From assembly GCF_009931435.1 (NCBI RefSeq), contig NZ_CP043414.1: a stretch of DNA of 64,000 nucleotides. One strand, given 5' to 3'. Source of the stretch: Escherichia coli (GTDB lineage: Bacteria; Pseudomonadota; Gammaproteobacteria; Enterobacterales; Enterobacteriaceae). Under the pieces are notes generated by a model that ran no database searches, had not been told where the DNA came from, and saw only the letters and a list, made by a program, of their open reading frames with translations. Positions within the stretch are counted from its first letter, which is position 1, and each line of letters begins with the position of its first letter. A program made the translations under genes and the position numbers. Of the stretch, positions 32,693-45,278 are shown piece after piece.

Positions 32693-34735
32693 ATGACGAA
32701 TCCGTTACTGACTCCCTTTGAATTGCCTCCGTTTTCTAAAATTCTCCCGGAACATGTCGTTCCAGCCGTGACGAAGGCATTGAATGACTGCCGCGAAAAT
32801 GTGGAGCGCGTAGTAGCGCAAGGGGCACCGTACACCTGGGAAAATCTCTGCCAGCCGCTGGCGGAAGTGGACGATGTGTTGGGGCGTATCTTCTCCCCGG
32901 TCAGCCACCTGAACTCGGTGAAAAATAGCCCGGAACTGCGTGAAGCGTACGAACAAACCCTGCCGCTGCTGTCGGAATACAGCACCTGGGTAGGGCAACA
33001 TGAGGGGCTGTATAAAGCGTACCGCGACCTGCGCGATGGCGATCATTACGCCACGCTGAATACGGCGCAGAAGAAAGCGGTTGATAACGCCCTGCGTGAT
33101 TTTGAACTCTCTGGCATCGGTCTGCCGAAAGAGAAACAGCAACGCTACGGCGAAATTGCTACCCGTCTTTCCGAGTTGGGCAACCAGTACAGCAACAACG
33201 TCCTTGATGCGACAATGGGCTGGACCAAACTCGTTACCGACGAAGCGGAACTGGCGGGTATGCCAGAAAGCGCGCTGGCGGCGGCAAAAGCCCAGGCCGA
33301 AGCGAAAGAACTGGAAGGCTACTTGCTGACGCTGGATATCCCAAGCTATTTGCCGGTAATGACCTACTGCGACAACCAGGCCTTGCGTGAAGAGATGTAT
33401 CGCGCTTACAGCACCCGCGCTTCCGATCAAGGCCCGAACGCCGGTAAGTGGGACAATAGCAAGGTGATGGAAGAGATCCTCGCTCTGCGTCACGAACTGG
33501 CGCAACTGCTGGGCTTTGAAAACTACGCCTTTAAATCTCTGGCTACCAAAATGGCGGAGAACCCGCAGCAGGTGCTTGATTTCTTAACCGATCTGGCAAA
33601 ACGCGCCCGTCCGCAGGGCGAAAAAGAGCTGGCGCAACTGCGCACTTTCGCCAAAGCCGAATTTGACGTCGATGAGTTGCAGCCGTGGGATATCGCATAC
33701 TACAGCGAAAAACAGAAACAGCACCTCTACAGCATCAGCGACGAACAGCTGCGTCCGTACTTCCCGGAAAACAAAGCGGTTAACGGCTTGTTTGAAGTGG
33801 TGAAACGTATTTACGGCATCACCGCTAAAGAGCGTAAAGATGTTGATGTCTGGCATCCGGATGTCCGTTTCTTCGAACTGTATGACGAGAACAACGAACT
33901 GCGCGGCAGCTTCTACCTCGACCTGTATGCCCGTGAAAACAAGCGCGGCGGGGCGTGGATGGATGACTGCGTAGGCCAGATGCGTAAAGCCGACGGTTCG
34001 CTGCAAAAACCGGTCGCGTACCTGACCTGTAACTTCAACCGCCCGGTGAATGGTAAACCAGCGCTGTTTACGCATGACGAAGTAATCACCCTGTTCCACG
34101 AGTTCGGTCATGGTCTGCATCATATGCTGACCCGCATCGAAACCGCCGGTGTGTCTGGTATCAGCGGGGTGCCGTGGGATGCGGTCGAACTGCCGAGCCA
34201 GTTTATGGAAAACTGGTGCTGGGAGCCGGAGGCGCTGGCGTTTATCTCCGGTCACTATGAAACCGGCGAACCGCTGCCGAAAGAGTTGCTGGATAAAATG
34301 CTGGCGGCGAAGAACTACCAGGCGGCGCTGTTTATTCTGCGCCAGCTGGAGTTCGGCCTGTTCGATTTCCGCCTCCATGCCGAGTTCCGCCCGGATCAGG
34401 GAGCGAAAATCCTCGAAACTCTGGCAGAAATCAAGAAACTGGTTGCCGTAGTACCGTCTCCATCCTGGGGCCGTTTCCCGCACGCTTTCAGCCATATTTT
34501 CGCCGGTGGTTATGCCGCAGGTTACTACAGCTACCTGTGGGCTGACGTACTGGCGGCAGATGCCTTCTCGCGCTTTGAGGAAGAGGGCATTTTCAACCGT
34601 GAAACCGGACAGTCGTTCCTCGACAACATTCTGAGCCGTGGCGGTTCAGAAGAGCCGATGGATCTGTTCAAACGCTTCCGTGGGCGTGAACCGCAACTGG
34701 ATGCGATGCTGGAGCATTACGGCATTAAGGGCTGA
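32693..34735 (+). CDS. prlC: Oligopeptidase A (M3 family zinc metallopeptidase)
   Basis: 680 aa from [19 protein letters not shown] zinc-binding motif ([11 protein letters not shown]). Confidence 0.92.
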   Translation: MTNPLLTPFELPPFSKILPEHVVPAVTKALNDCRENVERVVAQGAPYTWENLCQPLAEVDDVLGRIFSPVSHLNSVKNSPELREAYEQTLPLLSEYSTWVGQHEGLYKAYRDLRDGDHYATLNTAQKKAVDNALRDFELSGIGLPKEKQQRYGEIATRLSELGNQYSNNVLDATMGWTKLVTDEAELAGMPESALAAAKAQAEAKELEGYLLTLDIPSYLPVMTYCDNQALREEMYRAYSTRASDQGPNAGKWDNSKVMEEILALRHELAQLLGFENYAFKSLATKMAENPQQVLDFLTDLAKRARPQGEKELAQLRTFAKAEFDVDELQPWDIAYYSEKQKQHLYSISDEQLRPYFPENKAVNGLFEVVKRIYGITAKERKDVDVWHPDVRFFELYDENNELRGSFYLDLYARENKRGGAWMDDCVGQMRKADGSLQKPVAYLTCNFNRPVNGKPALFTHDEVITLFHEFGHGLHHMLTRIETAGVSGISGVPWDAVELPSQFMENWCWEPEALAFISGHYETGEPLPKELLDKMLAAKNYQAALFILRQLEFGLFDFRLHAEFRPDQGAKILETLAEIKKLVAVVPSPSWGRFPHAFSHIFAGGYAAGYYSYLWADVLAADAFSRFEEEGIFNRETGQSFLDNILSRGGSEEPMDLFKRFRGREPQLDAMLEHYGIKG

Positions 34736-34742
34736 TCATTCA

Positions 34743-35495
34743 GTGAAAATCTGTTTAATTGATGAAACAGGCGCCGGAGACGGCGCCTTATCTGTTCTGG
34801 CGGCCCGCTGGGGGCTGGAGCACGATGAAGACAACCTGATGGCGCTGGTGTTAACACCGGAGCATCTGGAACTGCGCAAGCGTGATGAGCCGAAGCTTGG
34901 TGGCATCTTTGTTGATTTTGTTGGCGGAGCGATGGCGCACCGTCGCAAATTCGGCGGTGGTCGCGGTGAGGCGGTGGCAAAAGCGGTGGGCATTAAAGGC
35001 GATTATTTGCCGGACGTAGTAGACGCTACCGCAGGCTTAGGTCGCGATGCCTTTGTGCTGGCTTCAGTCGGCTGCCGCGTGCGGATGCTGGAGCGTAATC
35101 CGGTGGTTGCTGCATTGCTCGACGACGGCCTGGCGCGTGGTTATGCGGATGCGGAAATCGGCGGCTGGTTGCAGGAGCGTTTGCAATTAATTCACGCTTC
35201 CAGCCTGACGGCGCTGACTGATATTACCCCGCGCCCGCAGGTGGTCTATCTCGACCCGATGTTCCCGCATAAGCAGAAAAGCGCGCTGGTGAAAAAAGAG
35301 ATGCGCGTGTTCCAGTCGCTGGTGGGGCCGGATCTCGACGCTGATGGATTGCTGGAGCCTGCACGCTTGCTGGCGACCAAACGCGTGGTGGTAAAGCGCC
35401 CGGACTACGCGCCGCCGCTGGCGAATGTCGCCACGCCAAACGCGGTTGTCACCAAAGGGCATCGCTTTGATATTTATGCAGGTACGCCGGTGTGA
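34743..35495 (+). CDS. rsmJ: 16S rRNA m2G1516 methyltransferase RsmJ (YhiQ)
   Basis: About 250 aa from GTG ([16 protein letters not shown]...), downstream of prlC. The ORF track's longer call overlaps the prlC 3' end. Confidence 0.8.
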   Translation: MKICLIDETGAGDGALSVLAARWGLEHDEDNLMALVLTPEHLELRKRDEPKLGGIFVDFVGGAMAHRRKFGGGRGEAVAKAVGIKGDYLPDVVDATAGLGRDAFVLASVGCRVRMLERNPVVAALLDDGLARGYADAEIGGWLQERLQLIHASSLTALTDITPRPQVVYLDPMFPHKQKSALVKKEMRVFQSLVGPDLDADGLLEPARLLATKRVVVKRPDYAPPLANVATPNAVVTKGHRFDIYAGTPV

Positions 35496-35499
35496 AAGT

Positions 35500-35535
35500 A
35501 AAGCAGGGTAGTGTTATTGCTACCCTGTGTTCTGC
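35500..35535. terminator. Bidirectional hairpin between rsmJ and dtpB
   Basis: cagggtag tgttattg ctaccctg between convergent genes. Confidence 0.5.
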
Positions 35536-35543
35536 AAGAATAA

Positions 35544-37013
35544 TTAATGGCTTTCCGGCGTCGCAATCATGCGTTTCAGCCACGGCACCATCAGCAGCAT
35601 CACCACCGCAACGCCCAGCGTAACCAGGCCAATTTTACCAAACACGCTGGTATAGACGGGCAACGTCTCAAGCGGATCGGTAATGTTGTCTGGTACTGCG
35701 GTAAATGTTGCCACATAGCCGCCAAGCAAGAACGCGGCAGCTTGCGTCAGGAACCACATCCCGAGAATAAAGCCCATCAAATGCTGCGGCACCAGGGCAG
35801 CAATCATCGCCAGGCCAAGGGCACTAATAAACAGTTCACCTAAACTCTGGAATAAGTAAACCAGCACGATAAACCATGGTGATGTCAGCCCTTGTGCATC
35901 AGCAAACCACATTCCCGCAGCTGCAGCCGTCAAAAAGCCCAGCGAGCACATAAACATACCGAGAGTAAATTTCATCGGCATCGAGAGGTCTTTGCCTTTG
36001 TTACCCAAATGCGTGTAGATACCTGCCAGTATTGGGCTGGCGAGTACCACCCAGAACGGGTTAAGCGCCTGGAAGCTGACCGGGTTGATGGAAAAGCCGA
36101 GAATTTCATGATGCACGTTGTTGATGGCAAAGAAGTTCAGCGACGTTGGCATCTGGGCGTAGAGAATGTAAAACACCACCGCTTCGAGCATCAGAACAAA
36201 GGCGACAAACATTTTATTACGCCCGGTTTTATCCAGCTTGAATGCCTGACGAAAGAAGATGATGGTGACGACGATGGAGAGAACAATCAGCACTAGATTG
36301 GCGACTTCTACGTTGTGCATCAGCCATGCACAGACGAAGATCATCACCACGCTGCCAAGTAACACGTACAACAGTTTGCTGAAGCTCATCGGCTTGAAGT
36401 CGGGTTCAGAACCAATGTCTTTCACCATTCCGCGACAGGCGATGTAAACCAATAGCGCGATAATTAATCCCGCACCGCACAGGTTGTAGGTGACTGAATA
36501 GCCGAATCTATCAGCGATCACAGGGGCCAACGATAACGCTATCAACGAGCCGATATTGATCGACATATAGAACAGGGTGAATGCGCCATCAAGCCGTGGA
36601 TCTTTCGGCGGATAGCACTTCGAAAGCAAGCTGGCGGGGTTAGCTTTAAACAGGCCGTTACCGACAGCGATAGTGCCCAGGGCGATGAAAATCAGGTCAG
36701 GCTTAAGTAGCGACATCCCGGTCATGAAGTAGCCAATCGCCAGCACAAGCGCTCCAAGAACAATGGTGCGTTTGGTCCCCAGTAGGTGGTCGCCGACATA
36801 GCCGCCAATGGAGATGAGGCCATAGACCAGCGCAGCAAACGCACCAAAGGTGACAAAAGCCTGTTCTTGCGAGAATCCAAGCTGTTTAACGAAGAAAACC
36901 GCCAGTACGCCCTGCACGCCGTAGTAGCCGAATCGCTCCCATAACTCGACAAAAAAGATCATGAAAAATGGGCGAGGTTGCTGCAGCATCCCCATGGGTG
37001 TTGTTGTATTCAT
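35544..37013 (-). CDS. dtpB: Di/tripeptide:proton symporter DtpB (POT family)
   Basis: 489 aa polytopic MFS/POT transporter. Confidence 0.9.
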   Translation of the reverse strand: MNTTTPMGMLQQPRPFFMIFFVELWERFGYYGVQGVLAVFFVKQLGFSQEQAFVTFGAFAALVYGLISIGGYVGDHLLGTKRTIVLGALVLAIGYFMTGMSLLKPDLIFIALGTIAVGNGLFKANPASLLSKCYPPKDPRLDGAFTLFYMSINIGSLIALSLAPVIADRFGYSVTYNLCGAGLIIALLVYIACRGMVKDIGSEPDFKPMSFSKLLYVLLGSVVMIFVCAWLMHNVEVANLVLIVLSIVVTIIFFRQAFKLDKTGRNKMFVAFVLMLEAVVFYILYAQMPTSLNFFAINNVHHEILGFSINPVSFQALNPFWVVLASPILAGIYTHLGNKGKDLSMPMKFTLGMFMCSLGFLTAAAAGMWFADAQGLTSPWFIVLVYLFQSLGELFISALGLAMIAALVPQHLMGFILGMWFLTQAAAFLLGGYVATFTAVPDNITDPLETLPVYTSVFGKIGLVTLGVAVVMLLMVPWLKRMIATPESH

Positions 37014-37271
37014 ATTTATTAACCTTCCAATACCATCCTGAAAAGTATGAACGCGTAAGGGATAACGCGCGAAAAAGTTTACATCTGTCAGAGATTCTTA
37101 ATATTGATGCGGTGAATAGATTAATACACTATTACAACAGAAAATAACCAGCTGATCACACTAATGATGGAAAATATGATGGTGTTAAATGTTGTATTGG
37201 CTGGGGATTTTGATTGCGTACGCAGATCGTAGGCCAGATAAGGCGTATACGCTGCATCAGGTAACAAGGCG

Positions 37272-37306
37272 CGCCAAAAAGCAAAACGCCCGCATATGCG
37301 GGCGTT
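37272..37306 (-). terminator. Rho-independent terminator of uspA
   Basis: Minus-strand hairpin aacgcccgcatatgcgggcgtt followed by ttgcttttt. Confidence 0.65.
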
Positions 37307-37330
37307 CAGGCACACGTCGTGGAGGGAAGA

Positions 37331-37765
37331 TTATTCTTCTTCGTCGCGCAGCGGAACAATCAGCATATCAACGTGAACGGTGTTGATCAGCTGACGTGCG
37401 GAAGACATTAGTTTGCTCCAGAAGTCCTGGTGGTGACCACAAACCACCAGATCCATATCGTATTTCTTGATTGCATCGACCAGAACCTGGCCCAGATCGC
37501 CGCTGCCGCTCAGGGTTTCAGTGATTGGGTAGCCTGCATTAGTGGAAAGCTCGGTCAGCGCATGATGTGTCTCTTCAGAGATGCGTTTCTGCATATCACC
37601 CAGATTCACATCAATAAGCCCGGTGTATAGGTCAGAGTAGTTTACATCTACGTGGATCAGAGAAACTTTCGCATTGTAGGGGCGAGCCATAGAGACTGCT
37701 TTCTCTACCAGAACTTTGCTTTCCGGGGAGAGATCGACCGCGATGAGAATGTGTTTATAAGCCAT
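37331..37765 (-). CDS. uspA: Universal stress protein A
   Basis: 144 aa, [24 protein letters not shown]... Confidence 0.92.
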
Positions 37766-38155
37766 AGTGTTACTCCTTCCATAAAGTTGTCGATGACTGG
37801 CCAGCTAGCGTTTCTTGTGCCGTTACGTCACCCGCGTCCTGCGAACTACGTGCGCGGGGCTAACCCAGCCGTAAAGATTCAGTGTTAAGACCATCCTTAC
37901 CTTATAGCGACCCGGATGATCCGTCAATCCGCCTTGCTTACCCGTTAGATAAACAAATTTTCGGCATGAATATATTGATAGTGGTTAACCTTCTGGAAAA
38001 AAAACAACCTGATCTCCTACACTATCTATAGAGCCGCTCGGATGTTGGTCACCACAAAAGCGGTTTCTCCAGGACCTGGTGTTAACTGATTGGCAGCGTA
38101 TCGGGAGCGGTAGCCCCGGGGTGGAACTCCGCGGGCAGGTCGCCGGGGAGGAGGT

Positions 38156-38491
38156 ATGATAAGCACCGTCGCATTATTTTGGGCTTTATGTGTCGTTTGC
38201 ATTGTTAACATGGCGCGCTATTTCTCATCACTACGCGCGTTGTTAGTGGTACTGCGTAACTGCGATCCATTGCTCTATCAATATGTTGATGGAGGGGGCT
38301 TTTTTACCTCACATGGCCAACCCAACAAACAGGTGCGTCTCGTTTGGTATATCTATGCCCAACGTTATCGCGATCATCACGATGATGAGTTTATTCGCCG
38401 CTGTGAGCGGGTGCGTCGGCAGTTTATTCTGACCAGCGCATTGTGTGGTCTGGTGGTGGTCAGTCTGATTGCATTGATGATTTGGCATTAA
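38156..38491 (+). CDS. uspB: Universal stress protein B (small inner membrane protein)
   Basis: 111 aa with two TM segments, divergent from uspA. Confidence 0.88.
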
Positions 38492-38565
38492 GCACTTCAG
38501 AAAAAATAACGCATAAAAAAAGCGGGCCAGCAAACTGACCCGCTCGAGACTGATTACAAACGCAA

Positions 38566-38690
38566 AATTGCCTGATGCGCTACGCTTATCAGGCCTACAT
38601 AATCTCTGCAATCTATTGAATTTGCATGTTTTTGTAGGCTGGATAAGGCGTTCACGCCGCATCCGGCATGAACAAAGCGCACTATGTCAA
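38566..38690. repeat. REP/BIME-type extragenic palindromic element
   Basis: gcctgatgcgctacgcttatcaggcctac ... gtaggctggataaggcgttcacgccgcatccggcatg are classic E. coli REP palindromes. Confidence 0.7.
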
Positions 38691-38735
38691 CAATCTGAAG
38701 CGGGCCAGCTGACCCGCTCGTTTTGGTGCGTGCGA

Positions 38736-40235
38736 TTACAGGAACTGCAAGGAGAGCCAGTAAAGCCCGCCGGAAAGCAGTACCGCAGCCGGAAGGGTAA
38801 ACACCCAGGCCATCAGAATACTGGTCACGGTTTTACGCTGTAAGCCGCCGCCATCTACCACCATCGTCCCCGCGACAGAAGAGGAGAGTACGTGGGTAGT
38901 GGAAACCGGCATCCCGGTATAACTCGCCAGGCCGATAGACACTGCCGCAGTCATCTGGGCAGACATCCCCTGAGCGTAGGTCATGCCTTTCTTACCGATT
39001 TTCTCACCGATAGTCGTTGCCACACGACGCCAGCCAATCATCGTACCGATACCTAACGCCAGCGCGACCGCCATGATGATCCACACCGGCGCATACTCGA
39101 TGGTGCTAAGCATGTCGGACTTCAGTTTCTTCAACAGGCGCTGATCGTCTGCACTCACGCCAGGCATCTTCACCACTTTGTCGATAGTGTCAGAAACGCA
39201 CAGCATAATGCGGCGCATCTGGCTACGTTGATCAAGCGACAGCTTGTCGTAGCTTTCCACATCGGTAGTCAACATGCCTTTCAGGCGGTTGAGCGCGTTA
39301 ATGGTATTCGATGGATGGCAATGGAACTCCGCAGGTTGCGTTGCGCCAGCTTCCGGAGCCGGTACTAACTGATCAGCACCGGTAGCCTGTTTCAGCAGCG
39401 CAGGGTGCTGCTCAAAGTAAGCTTCCACGTTGTTGATGGCATCACGGGTACGGGTGATTTCGTAGCCAGTGGCATTCATATTCACCACGAAGCCTGCTGG
39501 CGCGACGCCAATCAGTACCAACATAACCAGACCAATGCCTTTCTGACCATCATTTGCGCCGTGAGAAAACGCCACACCGATAGCGGAAAGGATCAGCGCG
39601 ATACGCGTCCAGAACGGCGGCTTTTTCTTGCCGTCTTTCTTTTCACGCTCCGCTGGGGTCAGGTGGATACGGGCGCGTTTCTTGGTGCCGCTCCAGTAGC
39701 GACGCAGCAAGAAAATCAGACCGCCAGCAAACACCAGGCCGACAATAGGGGAAACGATCAGAGAACCGAAAATACTTAATACTTTCGGGATATTGAGTGC
39801 ATCCACCACTGACGTCCCGGTCATCAACGCATTGGTTAAACCAATCCCGATGATCGCGCCAATCAGCGTATGAGAGCTGGATGCAGGTAAACCAAAGTAC
39901 CAGGTACCCAGGTTCCAGATAATCGCCGCTAATAACATAGAGAACACCATGGCAAGGCCATGAGACGATCCCATATTAAGCAGCAGATCCGTCGGCAGCA
40001 TATGCACAATGGCATAGGCAACACTCAGACCACCCAGCAAAACACCCAGAAAGTTGAACACCGCCGCCATAACCACGGCGAGCTGAGAACGCATCGCGCG
40101 GGTATAGATAACGGTTGCCACGGCGTTGGCTGTGTCATGGAAACCATTGATGGCTTCGTAGAACAGCACAAAAGCCAGTGCAAGCAATAATAACAGCCCG
40201 GTATGCAAATCCAGGCCAGCAAACAAATGTAGCAT
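38736..40235 (-). CDS. pitA: Low-affinity inorganic phosphate transporter PitA
   Basis: 499 aa polytopic transporter with the duplicated GANDGQKG / GxNDxxN Pit motif. Confidence 0.92.
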
Positions 40236-40466
40236 AGGACGTTACGCCATTTTGAGGACATGAACGCGGCGCATTATCAGTGACTTTCGCGGCGCGGGCA
40301 AAGTGAAATATAGACTTTTTTTGATTTGCCTCCTGTATAGATTGCACTCAAAAAATAATTATCTTATATAATTCAGGCAAATACTTCCTTTTAGTAATAT
40401 TGATGCTGGTGCGACCACTGAGGAATCTTTACAATTCACGCCCGTTTTTTCTTAGAGGAGCGCAAC

Positions 40467-41669
40467 GTGGAAAGGTTTGATGCCATTATTATAGGCGCTG
40501 GTGCGGCGGGTATGTTCTGTTCTGCGCTGGCAGGTCAGGCAGGACGCCGGGTTCTGCTGATCGATAATGGTAAAAAACCAGGGCGCAAAATCCTCATGTC
40601 TGGCGGTGGGCGCTGCAACTTTACCAACCTTTATGTCGAACCGGGCGCTTATCTGAGCCAGAATCCGCATTTTTGTAAGTCTGCACTCGCGCGTTTTACC
40701 CAGTGGGATTTCATTGATCTGGTCAATAAACACGGCATTGCCTGGCACGAGAAAACGTTAGGGCAACTCTTCTGCGATGACTCCGCGCAGCAGATTGTCG
40801 ACATGCTGGTGGATGAGTGCGAGAAGGGCAATGTGACCTTCAGATTGCGAAGCGAAGTGCTGAGTGTGGCGAAGGATGAAACAGGCTTCACGCTTGAACT
40901 GAATGGCATGACCGTCGGTTGCGAAAAGCTGGTCATCGCGACCGGTGGACTGTCAATGCCAGGGCTGGGCGCGTCGCCGTTTGGTTATAAGATTGCCGAA
41001 CAATTTGGCCTCAACGTGCTGCCGACCCGCGCGGGTCTGGTGCCATTCACTCTGCATAAACCGTTGCTCGAAGAGTTACAGGTACTGGCAGGCGTGGCGG
41101 TGCCTTCCGTGATTACCGCTGAAAACGGCACCGTTTTCCGTGAGAACTTACTCTTCACCCACCGCGGCTTATCTGGACCGGCGGTGTTGCAGATTTCCAG
41201 CTACTGGCAACCGGGGGAATTTGTCAGCATCAATCTGCTACCGGATGTAGACCTCGAAACCTTCCTGAATGAGCAGCGTAACGCACATCCGAATCAGAGC
41301 CTGAAAAACACACTGGCGGTTCATCTACCGAAGCGGTTGGTTGAACGCTTACAGCAACTTGGGCAAATCCCGGATGTTTCGCTAAAACAGCTCAACGTGC
41401 GTGACCAACAGGCACTGATTAGCACATTGACCGACTGGCGCGTACAACCCAACGGCACTGAAGGCTATCGCACTGCCGAAGTGACGCTCGGCGGCGTGGA
41501 CACCAACGAACTCTCTTCACGGACGATGGAAGCGCGCAAAGTGCCTGGGCTGTACTTTATCGGCGAAGTGATGGACGTTACCGGCTGGCTGGGGGGCTAT
41601 AACTTCCAGTGGGCGTGGTCGAGTGCGTGGGCTTGTGCGCAGGATTTGATTGCAGCGAAGTCGTCCTGA
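40467..41669 (+). CDS. yhiN: FAD-dependent flavoprotein YhiN (HI0933 family)
   Basis: 400 aa; N-terminal dinucleotide-binding motif IIGAGAAGMFCS. Confidence 0.82.
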   Translation: MERFDAIIIGAGAAGMFCSALAGQAGRRVLLIDNGKKPGRKILMSGGGRCNFTNLYVEPGAYLSQNPHFCKSALARFTQWDFIDLVNKHGIAWHEKTLGQLFCDDSAQQIVDMLVDECEKGNVTFRLRSEVLSVAKDETGFTLELNGMTVGCEKLVIATGGLSMPGLGASPFGYKIAEQFGLNVLPTRAGLVPFTLHKPLLEELQVLAGVAVPSVITAENGTVFRENLLFTHRGLSGPAVLQISSYWQPGEFVSINLLPDVDLETFLNEQRNAHPNQSLKNTLAVHLPKRLVERLQQLGQIPDVSLKQLNVRDQQALISTLTDWRVQPNGTEGYRTAEVTLGGVDTNELSSRTMEARKVPGLYFIGEVMDVTGWLGGYNFQWAWSSAWACAQDLIAAKSS

Positions 41670-41975
41670 CCTATTACCTAAAGATGAAAATTATTAGAGC
41701 CGCATTAAAAATGAGCTAATTTTGATAGTGGCTATCTTGTGATTATTTTCTAATAAGCCCGTGAACTGAAACCCTCCATGCTTAAAATAAGGTGGGGGAA
41801 TGGTGATTAAAAATCGACCGAAGTCCAGATCTTTATAAAATATGAACAGGTTGAAAAAAGACAGTAACTTTACTGTTTTTTATACTTAACCATCAATGTT
41901 AAGTTATTTCATGATACCTAAGAAAAACCAGCGTTACGCAATTGGTCGACGCTGGTTTTATCCGGTACGTTGCAA

Positions 41976-43028
41976 TTATTTTTTAGCAGAACCTGCTTCT
42001 AATATTGAAACGATTGAGAACAACGTAAAGCATACCGCTCCCAAACCGACAAGAACCCGCGAAGGAATAAAATATCCCATGTCGGTCTGCGCCATTTCCG
42101 CAAGAAACGATGCCAGGAAAAGGCAAAACAGGCAGGTGAAGACGGGAATCATCGGAATTCTGTTGGCTAACGAACAGGTACGTCTCCAGACCAGTGCCAG
42201 TAGCCAGACTTTTGAGAATATGCTGTAACAGATCATTCCAAGGCAAATGAGAATAATGCCGGGAGCCAGCCGAGCGCTTGCATCGGAACTGACTAAGACG
42301 TATATGCCCTGCAGCACCGTGATTGAGCCGAGAAAAATAACCCAATAACACCACAGCCAGTGCTCTTTGGATGAGAACGTATTACGTGTTTGATGGACGA
42401 TTGTGGCTACAAGGCCAATGAGACAGGCACAGATTGCGGTTAACCCAAGCAATACGTGACCGGCGACATAATGTGGGGTTATGTCGGCACTGCGTAACAG
42501 CGTTATCGACCAAATGAAACCGAGCAGGGTGAGTAATACGGGAACGGCAATGAGGCAATTACCGATTAATGAAGAATAAGCCTGTACCGGCGTTCCGTCG
42601 CTTTTGCTCCCCGATGCATTTTTGGGAATGAGCAGAAAGTGACCGGATGACGCTGCCACTGTCGATACACAGGCGGCAATCATACCAACGCCGAAAATCA
42701 CATGACCGGCGACAAACTCGTCTGCCATCACATCATTGCCTGCTAACAGTGCCCAACCCCATATCATGGTGATAATTGACCCCGCATAGCCAATAATGGG
42801 GAACAGTGTATTGTAAAACGTATTAACGCCGCGCGTGAGCTGCGAAATGATAATAAATGCGGTAGTGAATAATGCCAGGCATATGGCTGCCAGAGAAATC
42901 AGCACATGACCCGCGACGAAATACTCGCTTTGCCCTGAACTTTCCAGCACAAAGCCACCTAACGCGATACAAATTAACCCCATAATCAAGGGGATTAATT
43001 TGAAAAGCCACCCGATATATATGTTCAC
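41976..43028 (-). CDS. yhiM: Inner membrane protein YhiM with four internal repeats
   Basis: About 350 aa from GTG preceded by GAGGAG (VNIYIGWLFKLIP...); four repeats each containing an (Y/F)VAGHV-like motif. Confidence 0.75.
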   Translation of the reverse strand: MNIYIGWLFKLIPLIMGLICIALGGFVLESSGQSEYFVAGHVLISLAAICLALFTTAFIIISQLTRGVNTFYNTLFPIIGYAGSIITMIWGWALLAGNDVMADEFVAGHVIFGVGMIAACVSTVAASSGHFLLIPKNASGSKSDGTPVQAYSSLIGNCLIAVPVLLTLLGFIWSITLLRSADITPHYVAGHVLLGLTAICACLIGLVATIVHQTRNTFSSKEHWLWCYWVIFLGSITVLQGIYVLVSSDASARLAPGIILICLGMICYSIFSKVWLLALVWRRTCSLANRIPMIPVFTCLFCLFLASFLAEMAQTDMGYFIPSRVLVGLGAVCFTLFSIVSILEAGSAKK

Positions 43029-43409
43029 TTTAAACTCCTCAGGTATCCCTGCTAATATCGAAATGTGCATTAATGATAATTTCAGCCTGTTAATAAAATG
43101 ACGAGATATCATTAAAGACAAATGCATAGCATAACTATAGCTGGGTTTACTTTGCCGAGTGCCACTTTTCAGCGTTCAAAAGGCCATGGTAAATAAATAT
43201 TTATCCTAAGATTAATTCTTATTCTGTAGTTCTTTACAATTATCTTCCAGGGAGGGATTATTTTTCATTATTGGTAAAAGACCGGATAGTCTCGGTGTTT
43301 AAAATCAGCGAACATATAATTATTATTGTTTTATATCGTCGTAAATATGTCTTTCAGACATGTATCGTTTATTTTGTAACAAACAATTCAAAAATATCAT
43401 AGGTTATTT

Positions 43410-45017
43410 ATGAAAGCAATTCATAATCTGATTGGAAACAACTCCTTAAGCCATGAATATAAGCATTCAGATAAAGTTAACAATCATCAACACCATGGCG
43501 AGGTTGATAAAAAACATCTTTCAAAGACAGTTGAAGTTAATATACTGGATAAATTTTCGCAAATAGGTAACAATGCAGGCCTGCATATCATCTATTTCCT
43601 GCAATATGGTCACTGGAATGTAAATGACTATTTTCATCAGACGGTGAAAACATCGCTTTACAATAGTGAACCTTCTATAGATATCCAAGAATATAATAGT
43701 TTCGCCAACATGGATACTGACACGTTTATCTTTACAATTATACCAGACAATAACCATGTGTTAAAATTATCATCTCCCATAACCGTTACGATTGAGCGTA
43801 GGGATGGTTATTATTTTATTAATTTCTCCGGAGATAAATCAGACATAATTTATAAAGTTGATGGGCTTTCTATCATATCTGAAAATTTCTTTACTCTTCT
43901 TAGCGGTAATTTTAAACCTGACTGGCGTTGGGATGTCTCTACTGAGATGCTCACTAAGGAAAAGTTTGATAACTATGTTAAATCTGTGTTTTCAGAAATA
44001 GATTTTTATAAACACTGTGGTGTGATTAACCCACAAAATATGAACACGGCTTATTTTGGCGATACAGATGGAAGAGTAGGCGCTATACTTTATGCATTGC
44101 TCGTTTCAGGGCATATAGGCATCCGGGAAGAGGGGTGGAGTTTAATATGTGAATTATTAAATCACGAAAATATGGCTTCATCTGCATACGAAAAGAAAAA
44201 AATGGGAGAGCTCTACGCTTTATTAAATGCAAGAGACATGATCTTGAATAAGTTGCATAATCATGTTTTTTTAAAAGGCGATGCGATTACTCCTTGTATT
44301 TTCCTTGGAGATCATACAGGCGACAGGTTTAGTACTATTTTTGGAGATCAATATATCCTTACTTTGCTAAATTCTATGCAAAATATGGAGGGTAATAAAG
44401 ATAGTCGTATAAATAAAAATGTCGTCGTTCTGGCTGGAAATCATGAAATCAATTTTAATGGTAACTATAGTGCACGACTAGCAAATCATAGACTCTCCGC
44501 CGGTGATACATATAACTTAATTAAAACGCTTGATGTTTGTAATTATGACCCAGAAAGGAAAGTTTTAACCAGTCATCACGGAATAATAAGAAATGAAGAA
44601 AGTAAATGTTATTGTCTCGGTGCTTTGCAGGTTCCATTTAAACAGATGAAAAATCCTACTGATCCTGAGGAATTAGCTAATATATTTAATAAAAAACATA
44701 AAGAACATATGGATGATCCTCTATTCCATCTAATCCGAAGCAATATTATGAAACCCACAGATTTATATGCTGATTATTTTAATAACACTACTGATTTCAG
44801 ACCAGCACGTAAACATATCTTCATATGTGGAGAGAAACTCAAATGTGAAGACCCCAGAAAATACATTAGACAAAAATATGGCCATCATGGGCTCGGGGTA
44901 GATCAGAATCAACAATTTGATAATGGTATTATGGGCCTAAATTCCCGGAAGAAAGTACGTGATAAAAATAATGAAATAATTTATTTATCAGGGCTTAGTT
45001 GTTTTCAATCTCATTAA
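43410..45017 (+). CDS. yhiL: YhiL-like protein with PPP-type metallophosphatase motifs
   Basis: 535 aa, AT-rich. Motifs in order: GDTDG (nt 44058-44072), GDHTGDR (44307-44327), GNHE (44436-44447), HHG (44574-44582). Tandem paralog of the next gene. Confidence 0.7.
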   Translation: MKAIHNLIGNNSLSHEYKHSDKVNNHQHHGEVDKKHLSKTVEVNILDKFSQIGNNAGLHIIYFLQYGHWNVNDYFHQTVKTSLYNSEPSIDIQEYNSFANMDTDTFIFTIIPDNNHVLKLSSPITVTIERRDGYYFINFSGDKSDIIYKVDGLSIISENFFTLLSGNFKPDWRWDVSTEMLTKEKFDNYVKSVFSEIDFYKHCGVINPQNMNTAYFGDTDGRVGAILYALLVSGHIGIREEGWSLICELLNHENMASSAYEKKKMGELYALLNARDMILNKLHNHVFLKGDAITPCIFLGDHTGDRFSTIFGDQYILTLLNSMQNMEGNKDSRINKNVVVLAGNHEINFNGNYSARLANHRLSAGDTYNLIKTLDVCNYDPERKVLTSHHGIIRNEESKCYCLGALQVPFKQMKNPTDPEELANIFNKKHKEHMDDPLFHLIRSNIMKPTDLYADYFNNTTDFRPARKHIFICGEKLKCEDPRKYIRQKYGHHGLGVDQNQQFDNGIMGLNSRKKVRDKNNEIIYLSGLSCFQSH

Positions 45018-45278
45018 AACTCCATGAATACTGTGGTATGTCTTATTAATCCTGAAAGTATTTCATAGGTTTTCTTAATCGATTGTAGAGGTATGTTCTG
45101 ATAACGCCTCTACAATCTCTAGGGATTTTGTCTACTTTGAGATAAGAAATTTCATATTATGCCTTAAGGCTGAATGATTTGTGCAAAATATAATTGTTTT
45201 TCCATCGAACATGAGGTGTATGTCATAAGATTAAATATTAACTACGTATTCCTCGCGGTGAATAGCATGAGGTAAAAA

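Noticed and set aside
32705-34495. Two long minus-strand ORFs (266 aa and 303 aa) antisense to prlC
   Set aside because: Antisense to a well-supported metallopeptidase gene with the HEFGH motif; best explained as codon-bias artefacts.
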